A stretch of 64,000 nt of DNA, taken from NCBI GenBank assembly GCA_963693365.1, contig CAVNZM010000002.1:9025059-9089058 (forward strand), written 5' to 3'. The translations under genes were made by a program, and so were the position numbers. The first letter of the stretch is position 1, and every line of letters starts with the position of its first letter. Positions 62,251 to 64,000 of this stretch are shown here, in pieces. This DNA is from Amoebidium appalachense. Taxonomy: Eukaryota > Protista > Ichthyosporea. Under the pieces are notes generated by a model. That model made no database searches, had not been told where the DNA came from, and saw only the letters and a program-made list of their open reading frames with translations.

Positions 62251-64000
62251 GATGAACTATGCCCTCTGTCCCTGGGGGGACCCGACAGTTAGAAAATATG
62301 GAATGCTGAGAATAATGCCTTTCCTTTCTCCTATCTGTAAAAGTGATGCATGGTATAATTCGAGCTAAGAAATTCCCGTTTAGCAAGATGTCTTTCCAGA
62401 GAAAAGATCGTGGCTGGTGTTATAAGGGAGCACATGTGGAATGAGTAGCTCCAGCAAACAAGCATTCGTAAGGGTATATAGAGCAGGTGTATGGAAGTAC
62501 CATACTTTCCACTTATTCAGGCCGGCCCAACACAGCAGGTAACATGGAAGCTCAAAAAGCGAGTGGTAATCGTTCGCTAGATCGGGTAGATAACAGAGGT
62601 TCCACATATGAAGGGAAGCAAGTCACACCTCAAAAAGTAGATTTGGAATATAGGACACTGTCAGAAGACAAGGGCAAGCTGATGCCTATATAAATCTAGA
62701 CGACAATGCTCTCCCTCCTATGAAAAAATCTCTCTGGACTTTGAAGCTTCGTTTTTCTTGACTCCAAAACTTCGTTTTTTCAGTGCAACAAGCTTCGCAC
62801 AAAAGCCTTCTCCTGATCTGACTGGCGATCCAGAGGAACTGCCTTTTATGGTAAATTTCCATTGACCAGCCGGCGCGGGCCGGCGCCAACATCCGCCGGC
62901 ACCAGGTTCGGAGCCAGAAAAATGCAGCAAAAATGCCGAAAAGTCCTGTATTATCTATATGCTCATCATAATTGACAATATGATGATATAATAATACTCA
63001 TATATGTAGATACTGCATATTATTCTGATAATGACAGAGGGCTAAAACTGGTACTGTTGGCAGCCTCCGGAGGCTGGGGTGCCGTTTAAGCCAATAGCAC
63101 AGCCGTGGCATTAACCATAAAATGTTTTTACTATTTATAGTGTATTGATTCCTATAAATAGGTATGTCATCTATTTTTCAGGCCCGTTTGCGCAAACTCG
63201 AGTCCTGGATACGGAACCTTATAAGGCTAATCAGCGTTTGATCAGATAGGCTCTGCCCAGCGCGAGCCGCTCAACTCGGCGGGACAGATAAACGAACGGC
63301 CTCAGGCCACGGTGTGTTGCAAATGCACACAAAAAAAGAGCATGTTGCCTATACGTAGATGTTAGAGAGAAGCCCTCGGCTTTGTTTTAGGGTGTTGACT
63401 ATCTCGTCTGTCTGTATTTTATTTTTCTGTTTCCCCCCTTTTCGCCGCAGTTGCGTGTCTCAGCAGTCCTACTGCTTGAAGGGCGAGGTCTAGGGGTAGA
63501 CAATCATGGGATGACAAGCATTCCGGGTTACAGCAGTTCACACATGACAACAATAGAACAGTCAGACGCCATTTCAACTGCAGGGCACTCTGCTCGTTAT
63601 AATCTTGACGCATGAAAGTAAAGCCACTCGGGAAATCTTGTTCTCGTTTTTGGCCTTGTTAGAGTACTTGTGGTCTCGGTGGAACCTGCAAGACTACAGT
63701 GGATGTGTGCCAGGACGGTGCACATCTGGCGATGGCAAAGAAAACAGGTTTGTGTGGCTGAGTTACACACACATAGAGCCATATACGGGGTTTTTTGAGC
63801 TGAGATTCTTTGTTACGTCTAAATCTTTGTGCTTCTGGGAGGGACATGGTGTTGGATCCGCTTGAAGATCTACGCTATCAACGGGAAAATTTTTTGACAT
63901 ACAGGCACGACGCGTCACGAGCTTATGCGCAGGAAGACATAAAACGCGCATGCACACGTGCGGCTGTTTTTTTTTTTGTTTTTTTTTTCTCCCTTACAGA

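Noticed and set aside
62380-62700. Weak RT-like or HMG-like peptide fragments upstream of V-ATPase D
   Set aside because: Interrupted by stops and too weak to assign.
63419-63957. Short ORFs at the window end
   Set aside because: No recognisable motifs or consistent splice chain.

Overview
Intron-rich eukaryotic genomic DNA, probably from a unicellular holozoan such as an ichthyosporean (inferred from gene content and intron style). Introns are full of poly(C)/poly(G), (CA)n/(GT)n and (CT)n/(GA)n runs, so nearly all ORFs in the track are repeat artefacts. Manual splicing gives five apparently intact genes: the 3' part of a PITPNM/RdgB-type LNS2 gene (+), a GT92 glycosyltransferase (-), a classical SDR (+), a large multidomain type I surface protein (+) and V-ATPase subunit D (-). 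There is also an RBR E3-ligase/C2H2 pseudogene (-). The most striking signal is a set of APE-RT non-LTR retrotransposon insertions from two divergent families. Four of them end at the same 9-mer, GTAAACCCC, with no poly(A) or repeat tail, and two of these have perfect 10-bp target-site duplications. They range from a 3.3-kb copy with an uninterrupted 951-aa ORF to a 32-bp insert. Several MITE-like elements, local duplications and unusual splice acceptors are also present. Exon boundaries were read by eye and no database searches were run.
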